DNA of 57,372 nt from a bacterium (lineage in GTDB: Bacteria > Patescibacteriota > Minisyncoccia > Minisyncoccales > GWA2-46-15): positions 1 through 57,372 of the forward strand of contig JAUYAM010000003.1 in NCBI GenBank assembly GCA_030693425.1, written 5' to 3'. Below the pieces are notes generated by a model that was not told the DNA's origin, did not search any database, and worked only from the letters and a program-made list of their open reading frames with translations. Of the stretch, positions 34,078-43,588 are shown piece after piece (the first letter of the stretch is position 1; every line of letters starts with the position of its first letter). The translations under genes and the position numbers were made by a program.

Positions 34078-34962
34078 TCATTTTATCACAACCGCGGGGT
34101 TTTTGGCACTCTCAATGTTCTGCCAGATATAATGATTTCTTCCCAGGCAATAATCAAGCCAGCCTAAAAATCTTGCCAAGGCCTCAAGAAGTACTATCAG
34201 AGAAACAAACGCCAAAAAGCGGATACTCGGCTTAAGATTCTTAAAAATAAGGGCAAAAATCTTTTGCCAATCCATGGTGGAAACTTTATGCCCCAGCTGT
34301 TTTCTCAAAGCCAGGTGGCCGCAGAAAATCCGGCGCCGCTGTTTTAGAAAATCAAAAAGGCTTTCCGGCCCTTTGTTGTAAACAATGGCGTCAGGCACAT
34401 AGACAACTTTAAAGCCGGCCGAGGAAATAATCGCTTCAATCACGGCTTCGTCAACCGCAGTTGGCGGAATTTTGTCAAAAATCTTCCTGAAAGCGACCAG
34501 TTCCCCCATTTTCGGCTCTGCCAGAGAAAGTTGATGGTGCAGTTCCCAAAGGAAATGGCTGGCAAAGCCCCAAAAACCGCTTTCATTGTTTGTCGGCATG
34601 GGTCTGGCGCCAGCCATGCCAACCAGGGAATCCTCAAACGGCTTGATTAATCTTTCCAAGACGTCCTCGCTAGGCAGGGTATCGGCGCTCTCAATTGCCA
34701 GAATTTCGTTTTTGGCGGTCTTCAAAAACAGGTTGATGGCCGAGAACTTGCCCTCTCTTTTTTCCTGAACCAAAACCCTGACTCGACCGTCTTTAGCGGA
34801 AAAACCCCGGGAGATCTCCACCGTCTTGTCAGTGCAGCCGGAAGCGACAACTATAATTTCCTCAAGCTCAACCTTATTTAATTTCTGGCCCAAAACCGCC
34901 CCGAGCAGCTTGGCGACGTTTTTTTCCTCGTTATAGGCGAAAATTCCTAAAGAAATTTTCAT
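34078..34962 (-). CDS. Family 2 glycosyltransferase
   Basis: ISLGIFAYNEEKNV...IIVVASGCTDKT...ESADT GT-A signature, with C-terminal TM helices. Confidence 0.85.
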   Translation of the reverse strand: MKISLGIFAYNEEKNVAKLLGAVLGQKLNKVELEEIIVVASGCTDKTVEISRGFSAKDGRVRVLVQEKREGKFSAINLFLKTAKNEILAIESADTLPSEDVLERLIKPFEDSLVGMAGARPMPTNNESGFWGFASHFLWELHHQLSLAEPKMGELVAFRKIFDKIPPTAVDEAVIEAIISSAGFKVVYVPDAIVYNKGPESLFDFLKQRRRIFCGHLALRKQLGHKVSTMDWQKIFALIFKNLKPSIRFLAFVSLIVLLEALARFLGWLDYCLGRNHYIWQNIESAKNPAVVIK

Positions 34963-34974
34963 AAAAACACAAAT

Positions 34975-35715
34975 TTATTTATCTTTTATCCCCCGACAAT
35001 ACGCCATATGGCCAAGGATATTCTGCCGCTTTTCAATCCAGAAACTTATTTTTCTCGCTATCGTTCCTAAGGACTTGCCCAAAAAAGGAAGGAAACGGTA
35101 AAAATCTCCCAAGAGAACGCCATCGGGAAGAATGCCGCATTTTAAATGCTTAAAACCGGCTCTCTCCATCATTTTTGCCAGTTGCTTTGGACGATATGAT
35201 TTTTCATAACCCTGATAGCCAAATTGAGGGGTTTTTAAAATATTTAATATCGGCCGGGTGATAAGAGTTCTTATTGAAAAGACATTGGGGACTGTAATTA
35301 AAGCTGTGCCGCTGTTCTTTAAAACCCTGTAAATTTCAGCTATGGCTTTTTCGGTTTCCGGAAAATGTTCTATGGCCCCGAAACTGACGATTGCGTCAAA
35401 AAAATCATCTTCAAAAGGCATTTGCCGGATATCGCCGACACGAAAGTCGCTGCCGGAATTTTCCGCTTCGGCTTTGGCCAAACATCTCTTGACCGCCTCT
35501 TTGACAATATCAATTCCATATCCCTTATAACCGAGCCTTTCAAAATAAAAAACCCATTGGCCCAGGCCGCTGCCCGCATCCAAAGCCATAGAACCCTTGG
35601 GATATCTTGCCAAAATAGAATTGACAATTCCGAAGACCAGGCTCCTTTCATCAACCTCGCGGAACTCTTCTAAATTCCAAACATTTTCCCAGTCCTGTTT
35701 TAAATCGCTTGCCAT
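34975..35715 (-). CDS. Class I SAM-dependent methyltransferase
   Basis: Motif I ALDAGSGLGQWVFYF and FDAIVSFGAIEHF. Confidence 0.85.
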   Translation of the reverse strand: MASDLKQDWENVWNLEEFREVDERSLVFGIVNSILARYPKGSMALDAGSGLGQWVFYFERLGYKGYGIDIVKEAVKRCLAKAEAENSGSDFRVGDIRQMPFEDDFFDAIVSFGAIEHFPETEKAIAEIYRVLKNSGTALITVPNVFSIRTLITRPILNILKTPQFGYQGYEKSYRPKQLAKMMERAGFKHLKCGILPDGVLLGDFYRFLPFLGKSLGTIARKISFWIEKRQNILGHMAYCRGIKDK

Positions 35716-36896
35716 AGTTTTTCATTTTCTTTATTCGTTTCTTCCAATATTTTTTCAATTCTTTCTCTTCCCGCCTCGCCCATTTTTTTTCTTAAATCCG
35801 GATTTTCCATTAAAATCTTGATTTTTTCTTTAAGCGCTAGCGGATCTTTAATGGGAACAAGGAAGCCGGTTTTTCCGTCTTCCACCAAATCTTTGGCGCC
35901 GCTGGTTTGAGTGGCTATTACCGGCAAGCCCGAAGCCATTGCCTCCATCATTGCCATACCCAAAGCCTCGGTAAAGGAGGGGTTGACAAAAACATCGGCT
36001 CGCTGAAAAACTTCGGCCAGATTTAAATGGGGAACATGACCCAAAAACTCAATGTCAAGACCGTCTGCCATTGTCTTTAATTGCCGGCTGAAAATCTCGT
36101 CTTTGGGATTGGTGACCGAGCCTGCTATTTCCAGCCGAAAAAGACAGCCTTCGGATTTTAAAGCTTTTGCCGCCAAAACTAAAGTTTCCAAACCCTTGAT
36201 CTTTTTTATCTGGCCCACGTATAAAATCCGGGGCGGACCAAAATAATCTCCTTTTCTTTCTAGCGATAAAAACGGTTCGGCATTTATCAGAATCGGGATT
36301 TTAACCGTTTTTCTGGCACCGTATTTTTTTGCCTCCCTGATCAACCCTTGAGAAATGCCGATCACCAAATCGTAAAAAGGCAGGGAAAGACGATAGATGA
36401 GTTTGAGGATAAAAACTTTCAGAACCAGGCCCGGGCCGGAATGACCTTCCAGTTCTGACTCAATTTCAAAGTAATCTATTTTGTGGGCTTCCAGCCGCAA
36501 AACCACCTTTTTCCCTTTTAACTTTCCGACAACCAAGGCTGGCAGGCCGGCCCATAAAGGGATGACCGGCATAAAAACTAATTTAGCTTCTTTGGGGATG
36601 CTTTGACAAATTTTCCAAAGCGTTCTTCCAATCCAAATCATAAATTTAATACCGGCAATATATCCTGAATTATAGGGTTTTAAATAAGGATAAAAAATAA
36701 ACTTTCCTTCTTCTCTCTCAAAAATTTCCGGCACCTTTTCTTTTGACCAATAAGTAATATGAATTTTGTCAAAATATTTTAAATAATAAGCAAGATTATG
36801 AATGCTTATAATATGAGCGTGAGTCATGCTGGGAGTATCGTAGATTATAACTAATTCTTTAGACATTTTATGAAAACTAAATTTTTCTTCCCACAA
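35700..36896 (-). CDS. GT-B glycosyltransferase (family 4 / group 1)
   Basis: C-terminal E(x7)E-type region FVNPSFTEALGMAMMEAMASGLPVIAT...DLVEDGKTGFLV. Confidence 0.88.
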   Translation of the reverse strand: MWEEKFSFHKMSKELVIIYDTPSMTHAHIISIHNLAYYLKYFDKIHITYWSKEKVPEIFEREEGKFIFYPYLKPYNSGYIAGIKFMIWIGRTLWKICQSIPKEAKLVFMPVIPLWAGLPALVVGKLKGKKVVLRLEAHKIDYFEIESELEGHSGPGLVLKVFILKLIYRLSLPFYDLVIGISQGLIREAKKYGARKTVKIPILINAEPFLSLERKGDYFGPPRILYVGQIKKIKGLETLVLAAKALKSEGCLFRLEIAGSVTNPKDEIFSRQLKTMADGLDIEFLGHVPHLNLAEVFQRADVFVNPSFTEALGMAMMEAMASGLPVIATQTSGAKDLVEDGKTGFLVPIKDPLALKEKIKILMENPDLRKKMGEAGRERIEKILEETNKENEKLWQAI

Positions 36897-37479
36897 CTAA
36901 AATAGTAGGGGAAAGTAATGGAAAATACCACAATAGTTTTTGACTAAGTTTTTTAAGCCACTTAGGAATAGGTACATTTTCAAAGCCCAGTCCATAAATT
37001 TGATATTTCCAATTTTTTCTGTGTTCAAGATAAAATTTCAAACTTTTTAGTGAATATTTAAGTATATGACTAGGATCCTTTTTAAAATGAGGGGAAAAAG
37101 GATTTGGCAATGTAGCGATAATAAGATTAACGGTTAAATTTTCAAGCTGATCGAAAATATCTAATTTTGGCAAATGCTCAATAATTTCTGAAGCCCATAT
37201 AACTGTAAATTTAGTCTTGTAAGAAAGAGGATATATATCTTTCAGATGGACTTCATCATAATGAGGAAGAAGTTTGCACAAATTGACTAATTCTGGATTC
37301 TTATCAATACCAATAAGGTATTTGGTTTTTTGTTTAAGAAATTTGCTATAAAGACCGTTTCCACAACCGAGATCTAAAATTCGCTCACAATTATCAGGAA
37401 TAAAATTCTGAATAATTGCAATTTTTCTTTCTTCAGGTTTTATATTTATATACATTTTTGTCAATCTATTTCGATCCAT
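36877..37479 (-). CDS. Class I SAM-dependent methyltransferase
   Basis: Motif I ILDLGCGNGLYSKFL and VIWASEIIEHL. Confidence 0.8.
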   Translation of the reverse strand: MDRNRLTKMYINIKPEERKIAIIQNFIPDNCERILDLGCGNGLYSKFLKQKTKYLIGIDKNPELVNLCKLLPHYDEVHLKDIYPLSYKTKFTVIWASEIIEHLPKLDIFDQLENLTVNLIIATLPNPFSPHFKKDPSHILKYSLKSLKFYLEHRKNWKYQIYGLGFENVPIPKWLKKLSQKLLWYFPLLSPTILVVGRKI

Positions 37480-37613
37480 ATTAATTATTTAAACTTTGAA
37501 GAAAAATAAAGAACCCCCCGGAAATGCTAATATTGTAAAGATTAAACTAATTGAAACCTTCGAAATAAAAATAGGAATTGGTGATTAAATTCTTCATGTT
37601 CTTGATTCTTTTT

Positions 37614-39659
37614 TCATCTTGATTTGGCCTGAAGGTATTTTTCGGTGTACTCCAAGGCTTTCTCCGGATCATTTAAATGCTTAGAAAGAATCACGATCAG
37701 GTTTTCGTAGGCCTTCAGCTCGCCCGGATAAAGCTCGATCGCAATTTCATAATTTCTGGCCGCTTCCTCGTATTGCTTGTTTTTATAAGCGATGTTTCCG
37801 AGAGTGAAATAAGCTTTTTCAAACGAGGGATCGGCCGCCTCTGCCAGTCGGCATTCCTTTTCTGCTTCTTTGAAAAAACTGGAGTTATAGAAAAAGACGC
37901 ATTTATTATAATGGGAAATAACATAAGCTGAAGCAATTTCCGTGTCCCAAGCGGAAAAAGGGTATTTTAAATTAAAGCCTGCCTGGTAGAGCTTCTTGTT
38001 TTTAGCAACCCGCGAATCGCGGTTAAAATCATGGCTCTGGCGGATATAATCTTGGGGGCTGAAAGGGGGCTCTCCCTTGAATACCTGGAAAAGGAAATCC
38101 CGCTGGAGCAAAAAATAATCCGGCCTCAATTTATCGGCAACTTCAACTATTGGATAATAAACCGTTGTCTTTTCAATATTGGCGGCGATGAGCTCTTTTA
38201 GTTTTTCATCCCAGTTTTCACCCTTTCTAACTCTTTCAAAAGGAATTTTAATGTCGGGGTGACGCTTTCTCAAGTAATCAATATACCACTGGCTGGTCAA
38301 AAGACGCTCTTGGACAACTTTAACATCGGTTCTCACTCCCTCGACTTCCTGCAGATAAAGGGTGGAAAAAAACATCATGTCGCCCAGGGAAATAATGAGG
38401 CTGTTTTTGTCTGCCGGGCTTAAAATGTCTTGGCCGAAATCATAAAGAAGCGTGTTTTGGCTTTGGTCGACAAAAGGATAATGCAAAAACAAGGGGAAAA
38501 GAAAAGAACAAGATAAAAAAACCAAAGCCAAACGCTTTAAAAGACCTCTGTTTTGGAAAACCCGTCCCAGCCTCTCTGCCAGAAAGTGAATGCCGTAACC
38601 GATAAAAATAGCGAAAACCACCATTGGCAGGATAGTGAATCTTTCGCCAACCGCCCGGGTTATCCGGTCATCAAGCTTTAAGTTTCCAAGATAAAATAAG
38701 AGCAAAAGGCCGCTGGATAAAAATGCCAGGGTGAAAAAAGCAAAAAGTTTTTTGTCTTTGAATAAAAGAGAAAGGCCGAAAACGCCCAAGGCCGCGCCAA
38801 CAGCGGTGAATTGGATATAAAGGGACTTGAAATAAAATTCAAAATTCTCAACCATCATTTTCCAGATTGACAAAAAATTGCCCTGTGGCCCGAATGGAAC
38901 CCCGCCATAGTTCTCTCTCAATATGGCGCCCGCCATTTTCCGTAAAGTGTCTGGCTCTCCCCAGTGAAAAGACTGGTTTAGGTTGGTGGCGAGGGGCAGA
39001 TAAAGATAGAAGCTCAAGCCCAAAAGCAGGAAAATAGACATTAACAAAAGTTTTTTGGGGTTAACAAGGATTTCTTTTTTAGTCGCCAGCAAAAGAAAGA
39101 GAAAAGCCGGGCCCAAAAAGACAATTGCTTCCTGATTGGCAAAAGCCAGACCACAAACAAAGCAAAAAAGATAAAGATATCTATCAGCGGTTCTGTCTGC
39201 CAGAAGAATTTTCTCTCTCCAGATTAAAAGAAGGAAAATTAAAACGGCAGCCAAAAGATGATGGAGAGCAAAGACCTCGGCGGTAATGGAATAGAGCCAA
39301 AAAGCAGAGGAAAAAGCCAAAAATAGGCTGCCGGCCAAAGAAGGAACTATTTTTTTTGTCAGCCGGAAAATAATCAAGTAGACAACCAGGGCGGTAAGAG
39401 CGCCGAAAATGGCGTTCAGCAGATTAACTCGCCAAGCAACGCTCCCAAAAGGAAAAATTTCAATGAAAAACTTGGAAAGGAGCGTCAATAAAGGATAACC
39501 GGGCTGATGAGCGACCCCCAGTTTATAGGCAGCGGCAATCAGCTCCGGGCCGTCGCCCGGAGAAATTGTCGGCGCCAGCGTCAAAATATAAACAAAAAAG
39601 GGGATGAAAAATACCAGCATCCCTCCTAACAAAACCGGTTTTTTGAGGAAATTTTTCAT
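37614..39659 (-). CDS. DUF2723/PMT-like GT-C membrane glycosyltransferase with C-terminal TPR repeats
   Basis: 681 aa. N-terminal loop motif SPGDGPELIAAAYKLGVAHQPGYPL, more than 10 TM helices, and a TPR tail (YFTLGNIAYKNKQYEEAARNYEIAIELYP). Confidence 0.85.
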   Translation of the reverse strand: MKNFLKKPVLLGGMLVFFIPFFVYILTLAPTISPGDGPELIAAAYKLGVAHQPGYPLLTLLSKFFIEIFPFGSVAWRVNLLNAIFGALTALVVYLIIFRLTKKIVPSLAGSLFLAFSSAFWLYSITAEVFALHHLLAAVLIFLLLIWREKILLADRTADRYLYLFCFVCGLAFANQEAIVFLGPAFLFLLLATKKEILVNPKKLLLMSIFLLLGLSFYLYLPLATNLNQSFHWGEPDTLRKMAGAILRENYGGVPFGPQGNFLSIWKMMVENFEFYFKSLYIQFTAVGAALGVFGLSLLFKDKKLFAFFTLAFLSSGLLLLFYLGNLKLDDRITRAVGERFTILPMVVFAIFIGYGIHFLAERLGRVFQNRGLLKRLALVFLSCSFLFPLFLHYPFVDQSQNTLLYDFGQDILSPADKNSLIISLGDMMFFSTLYLQEVEGVRTDVKVVQERLLTSQWYIDYLRKRHPDIKIPFERVRKGENWDEKLKELIAANIEKTTVYYPIVEVADKLRPDYFLLQRDFLFQVFKGEPPFSPQDYIRQSHDFNRDSRVAKNKKLYQAGFNLKYPFSAWDTEIASAYVISHYNKCVFFYNSSFFKEAEKECRLAEAADPSFEKAYFTLGNIAYKNKQYEEAARNYEIAIELYPGELKAYENLIVILSKHLNDPEKALEYTEKYLQAKSR

Positions 39660-39661
39660 AA

Positions 39662-39692
39662 AAAATATGCGTAGGGAGTCTACGCATATTTT
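39662..39692 (-). terminator. Strong A-tract/13-bp stem/T-tract hairpin between gene 39727-40710 and the ATG of 37614-39659
   Basis: AAAATATGCGTAG-ggagt-CTACGCATATTTT, perfect. On the minus strand the T-run reaches to within 2 nt of the ATG at 39659. Confidence 0.5.
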
Positions 39693-39726
39693 ATCATCAG
39701 ATTGTTTTAAAAGATATCCTAGCTGC

Positions 39727-40710
39727 CTATCTTTTTACCCTTATTTCCACCTTAGACAGCAGCCATCTCAACAGAAACGCGAACAAGCCCAAAATAATGA
39801 TGCCTGCAGCCAGGAATTTCCAGGGGATTACCCAAAAATTGACTGATTTTTGGTCAACAATGTCATCGTATCCGCGGTTAATGCTTGCCAAAGCAGTATA
39901 GCGGCCGAATAAAAGCGATCGGTCAAATTTAACCACTCTGGATCTCAAGGATTGCGGCATGGCAAACCAGGGATCCAATTTTATTTCCCCGACCTTCTTA
40001 TTGAAAAGATTCCTGATTTCAATAACGCCGTAAAGGTTTAAATGGACGCTGCCGCGGTTTTCAAATAAAAGCTCAAGGGAAATCGGGCCTTTGTCGTAAA
40101 ACCATTTTTTGGGTCCGACAGTCCTGATTTCTCTCAAAAACCCGTCTTCCTCGACATCACCCCTGACCCTGACTAGATATAAAGCCGCCACCCGGCCGGT
40201 AACATTGATGCCGCCGACAACTTCGCCCTCTTGCGACTTAATCTCTACCGGATTGGTGATGGAAACCAAAACAGCGCCGTAGCGGCCGCCCGGCTCGGCA
40301 TCTGCAGGAATAGAAATCTTAATCGGCAGAGCGATCCTCTCTCCGTGGTTAAGGGTAAACTCCGTTGTTTCAGGTTTTAAATAATCTATCAAAGAATATG
40401 GTCCGTTCCGTTCCCCGCCCAAAAGCAAAGCTGAAGTTTCCCCGGTTGTGGTGCCCTTGAAGTCTTCAAGAGTGATTATAAAACTCGTTGTTTTTCCCAA
40501 CCGGCTGGTAACCATTAAATTCTTAGTTGCTTCGGCTCCCGGATCCAAGAAAACCTCGTTCTGGGCCGGACCAACGGTAAAATCTTTCTCAACAGCGACA
40601 TCGGGCAGTTTTTCTATGGTGTAAGCCGACGCGGATAAGGCCCAGCTCAATGCCAGAAAAATAGACAGCAGCAGAAAATAATTTTTAAAAAAACTCGTTC
40701 TTTTTCTCAT
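39727..40710 (-). CDS. DUF916/DUF3324-like cell-surface protein (signal peptide, two beta-sandwich-like domains, C-terminal TM anchor)
   Basis: 327 aa. The architecture, plus segments such as FTVGPAQNEVFLDPGAEATKNLMVTS..., PGGRYGAVLVS, LLFENRGSVHLNLYGVIEI and the C-terminal WKFLAAGIIILGLFAFLL, resembles Firmicutes CscA-type proteins. Remote, by pattern only. Confidence 0.6.
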   Translation of the reverse strand: MRKRTSFFKNYFLLLSIFLALSWALSASAYTIEKLPDVAVEKDFTVGPAQNEVFLDPGAEATKNLMVTSRLGKTTSFIITLEDFKGTTTGETSALLLGGERNGPYSLIDYLKPETTEFTLNHGERIALPIKISIPADAEPGGRYGAVLVSITNPVEIKSQEGEVVGGINVTGRVAALYLVRVRGDVEEDGFLREIRTVGPKKWFYDKGPISLELLFENRGSVHLNLYGVIEIRNLFNKKVGEIKLDPWFAMPQSLRSRVVKFDRSLLFGRYTALASINRGYDDIVDQKSVNFWVIPWKFLAAGIIILGLFAFLLRWLLSKVEIRVKR

Positions 40711-40857
40711 TTTTTATTTATTTCTTGTTATATTCTGTTATTTCTCCAGACTAACAGTTAATTGCCTTTTGTCAAATAGAAACACACGAACATCCCCTCC
40801 TCGGCATTCAAACGCTTCAATGTCAAGGAAGGGGATATCCACCTGTTTTAAAGAATC

Positions 40858-41505
40858 TTATGGTGTTGACGTGGCTGTCCCAGTTACATCGGCGATGTAA
40901 GAACCGTTCGGGGCATAAACGCTACTACCCTCTTCTGCCTTAACGCACAAGCTGACAAGGGCACCTGTAGTAGAAGTTTCCGTCGCATCATCAGAAACCT
41001 CAATCGCGGTCACGCCCTTGAATCCTTGGTATTTCTTATCTGTACCGGTTGCGCAACTAGTGCCGGCCCCCCAAACAGCAGTATCAACGCCATCACCGTC
41101 AACATTAAACCCAAATTCATAGGCGCCGGCGGCAACGCTCCAGGTTTCCGGAGTATTAGCGGTTACTTCGGTATAGTCGGTAAACGCTTCTGCCGGACTC
41201 GCCTGCGCCAAGATATTGGCATTGTCTCCTTTCAGTTCCAGTTTCCAGCCGTCCTGGGAGTTGGTTTTAACGGTCCAGTCAGCGCCGGCCGCTGGGTTGT
41301 ATGAAGTGGTGGTTGTCATGGTCATTGCCGTCATCACCAGACCGGCTCCAGTGGGTACGGTCAAGGTAAGTTCTTCGGTCACGGTCAGGGTGACGTCCAC
41401 TTCGCCGGAGGCAGCAACGGCATCTGCTATTTCCGGCTCAAACATCATAAAAGCGATTGGCAGAAGCAGGCCTAAGGCTAGAATAAAACTTAGTGTTTTT
41501 TTCAT
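40858..41505 (-). CDS. Secreted surface protein (paralog of 32008-32775)
   Basis: Signal peptide MKKTLSFILALGLLLPIAFMM. Shared motifs are listed under the paralog. Confidence 0.8.
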   Translation of the reverse strand: MKKTLSFILALGLLLPIAFMMFEPEIADAVAASGEVDVTLTVTEELTLTVPTGAGLVMTAMTMTTTTSYNPAAGADWTVKTNSQDGWKLELKGDNANILAQASPAEAFTDYTEVTANTPETWSVAAGAYEFGFNVDGDGVDTAVWGAGTSCATGTDKKYQGFKGVTAIEVSDDATETSTTGALVSLCVKAEEGSSVYAPNGSYIADVTGTATSTP

Positions 41506-41646
41506 TTTTTATTTCTTGGTCAATTCAGTATCTTTATAACACTCGACCTTTTAAATAAATGTTAACGCAAATAAGCAAACTTTAAAAATCAGCCCTTATC
41601 ACATTTTACCTCAAAACAACAGGGGATGTAAGGATGTAAATAGAAA

Positions 41647-41658
41647 GTTATCCACAGC
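41647..41658 (+). promoter_or_regulatory. Third TTATCCACA-containing site (GTTATCCACAGC)
   Basis: Perfect 9-mer. Its orientation is opposite to the two sites upstream of the HTH genes. Confidence 0.3.
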
Positions 41659-41666
41659 CCTAAATT

Positions 41667-42374
41667 TCAGGGTTTCAACTTCATTTTCCAGAGAATCCAC
41701 AGGCCTTCTCTTATTATGCCTGCCGACATTTTGGAGATTCCGAAACGGCGCTCGTAAAAAATGATCGGAATTTCACCGATTTTGAAGCCGGCTTTAAAAG
41801 CCCGCCAATTCATCTCAATTTGGAAAGAATAGCCTTCGGACAAAACCCGGTTAAGATCAATTGCCTCAAGAACCCGGCGCCGAAAGCACTTAAAACCGCT
41901 GGTGGCGTCGCCTATGGGCACGCCCGTAACCAATCTGGCATAAAAATTTCCCAGCAGAGAAAGGAAAACCCGCCTGATGTCCCAGTTGATAACGCTTAAG
42001 CGGCCTTGGTAATAACGGGAGCCGACAGCCAAGTCGCAATCCTTTATCTTCTCTAGGAGTTTAGACAGGTATTCCGCTCGGTGGGAACCGTCGGCATCCA
42101 TTTCAAAAATTAGCTCGTAATCGCGCTCCAGGGCCCATCTAAAACCGTCAAGGTAAGCTTTTGCCAATCCCTTTTTGCCCTGGCGCCTCAAGAGGAAAAC
42201 TCCCGGGAAAAGACCGGCCAGCCTTTCTGCTTCCAAAGCGGTGCCGTCAGGGGAATTGTCATCAACAACCAAAATATCAAACTTTTCTCCAAGGCCGAAG
42301 ATTTCCGGAATCAGTAGGCCTATATTTTCTTTTTCGTTATAGCAAGGAATGACGACTAAATTTTGGGCTGCCAT
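41667..42374 (-). CDS. Polyprenol-phosphate mannose synthase-like GT2 (Ppm1/DPM1 family)
   Basis: VVIPCYNEKENI...ILVVDDNSPDGT...FEMDADGSH...AVGSRY is the classical Dpm1-type pattern. Confidence 0.88.
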   Translation of the reverse strand: MAAQNLVVIPCYNEKENIGLLIPEIFGLGEKFDILVVDDNSPDGTALEAERLAGLFPGVFLLRRQGKKGLAKAYLDGFRWALERDYELIFEMDADGSHRAEYLSKLLEKIKDCDLAVGSRYYQGRLSVINWDIRRVFLSLLGNFYARLVTGVPIGDATSGFKCFRRRVLEAIDLNRVLSEGYSFQIEMNWRAFKAGFKIGEIPIIFYERRFGISKMSAGIIREGLWILWKMKLKP

Positions 42375-42391
42375 TTATTATATCTGATGAA

Positions 42392-43468
42392 TTATTTTCC
42401 GGGGATAACCATATAAAAATACTCTTCCTGTTTTCCGCTTTTAAAAACCGGTTTGATTATCCCCCAGCCGTCGTCTTTCATTTTCACCTCGATTTCGTCG
42501 GAAAAACCGGATTTGATTTTTTCTTCAAGCGCTCTTCCTTCATCCTCGGAATAAGGAATGATTAAAAGCCTTGAATTGCTTATGGCCGGCTTTTCAATTC
42601 CCAAAAAAAGGAAAGCTGTATTGACAATTTTGTCTGCGAGAAAATCACTAAATTTAGAATAAAAGAAAGAAACCCCATAACCAATATCAGTAATTTCCTG
42701 CTCGAGAGCGGCGTTAAGAAGAGTATATCTTTTGGGCAGGGCAAACCTCACCTCCGGCAAACGGATTCTCGTAATTATAGAGGTGTCGATTTTTGGCAGC
42801 TCAATCTTTGGCAGTCTAATTTTCGGCAAGCGCCACTCAAAGCCTAAATCTTCCTCTGCGAAAGAAAGCTGTTTAAAGGATCTGACGAAAACCTTAGTAA
42901 CGCTGATTGCTTTTTCACCGAGAAAAATCAGCTTTTCCTCGACGTAATCATTGGCTCTAGAATAGGCAAAAGCGATTTTCCTTACCGGGCCGAAAACCCC
43001 ATCCTCGAGCCAATTGCCGTATTCTCCTATATCAGCTCCCACGTTCTTGGCGCTGTTTTTAAGAGCCGGGGCGCTCAAGTTTTGGCTAACATTAGCAAGG
43101 GTTTCAGAAAAAGCTTCTTTAAAATCAACTTTACTGGCAGCAATTCCGCCAATAATTATAAAAACGGAAACCAAGCCCAGGATGAAAGCAGATTTCGCTA
43201 AAACAGAAGGGAATTGGGACGGCAGTTTTAACTCTGCCAATTTTTGTTCTTTTGGCTGAACGGAAATTTCTCCGGCGTTTATTCCTTGAACATACTCGCT
43301 GTACGACTGTGTCTGCCTAACATATTCTTGAACCCAATCTTTTGTCGTCACCCAGTTCCTGCCGACTTTAATTGCCTTAATCTTTCCCCGCCTGGCTCTT
43401 AAACTTAAATATTCCTGCGAGTAATGGCAGTATTTTGTGGCTTCTTGCAGAGAGATATATTGTGGCAT
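42392..43468 (-). CDS. Membrane-anchored protein with N-terminal excisionase/MerR-type HTH
   Basis: ISLQEATKYCHYSQEYLSLRARRGKIKAIKVGRNWVT, one TM helix, and an internal LPKI x3 short repeat (RLPKIRLPKIELPKI). Confidence 0.75.
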   Translation of the reverse strand: MPQYISLQEATKYCHYSQEYLSLRARRGKIKAIKVGRNWVTTKDWVQEYVRQTQSYSEYVQGINAGEISVQPKEQKLAELKLPSQFPSVLAKSAFILGLVSVFIIIGGIAASKVDFKEAFSETLANVSQNLSAPALKNSAKNVGADIGEYGNWLEDGVFGPVRKIAFAYSRANDYVEEKLIFLGEKAISVTKVFVRSFKQLSFAEEDLGFEWRLPKIRLPKIELPKIDTSIITRIRLPEVRFALPKRYTLLNAALEQEITDIGYGVSFFYSKFSDFLADKIVNTAFLFLGIEKPAISNSRLLIIPYSEDEGRALEEKIKSGFSDEIEVKMKDDGWGIIKPVFKSGKQEEYFYMVIPGK

Positions 43469-43533
43469 TTTAGAATTGCTTGCGGCCGATTGATCCTATT
43501 TCCTCATCTGATATCTTCCTTATAGCTTAGTTC

Positions 43534-43562
43534 ATTTTCCGATAAATAAAAATAGCCGTCAA
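43534..43562 (-). promoter_or_regulatory. Candidate promoter TTGACG-N17-GAAAAT (minus strand)
   Basis: Reverse complement of 43557-43562 is TTGACG and of 43534-43539 is GAAAAT (weak -10). Same geometry relative to the GACTTATCCACA motif as at 31526-31574. Confidence 0.35.
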
Positions 43563-43569
43563 GAAAGGC

Positions 43570-43583
43570 GTTGTGGATAAGTC
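43570..43583 (-). promoter_or_regulatory. Conserved motif GACTTATCCACAAC (perfect DnaA-box 9-mer) 7 nt upstream of the -35
   Basis: Read directly; 13/14 identical to 31561-31574. Confidence 0.5.
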
Positions 43584-43588
43584 AAGTC

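Noticed and set aside
31561-43583. Replication origin inferred from perfect DnaA boxes (31564, 41649, 43573)
   Set aside because: The three boxes are 2-10 kb apart rather than clustered. There is no adjacent AT-rich unwinding element with box arrays and no dnaA or dnaN nearby. Two of them sit in a fixed position relative to promoters of paralogous genes, which suggests an operator role.
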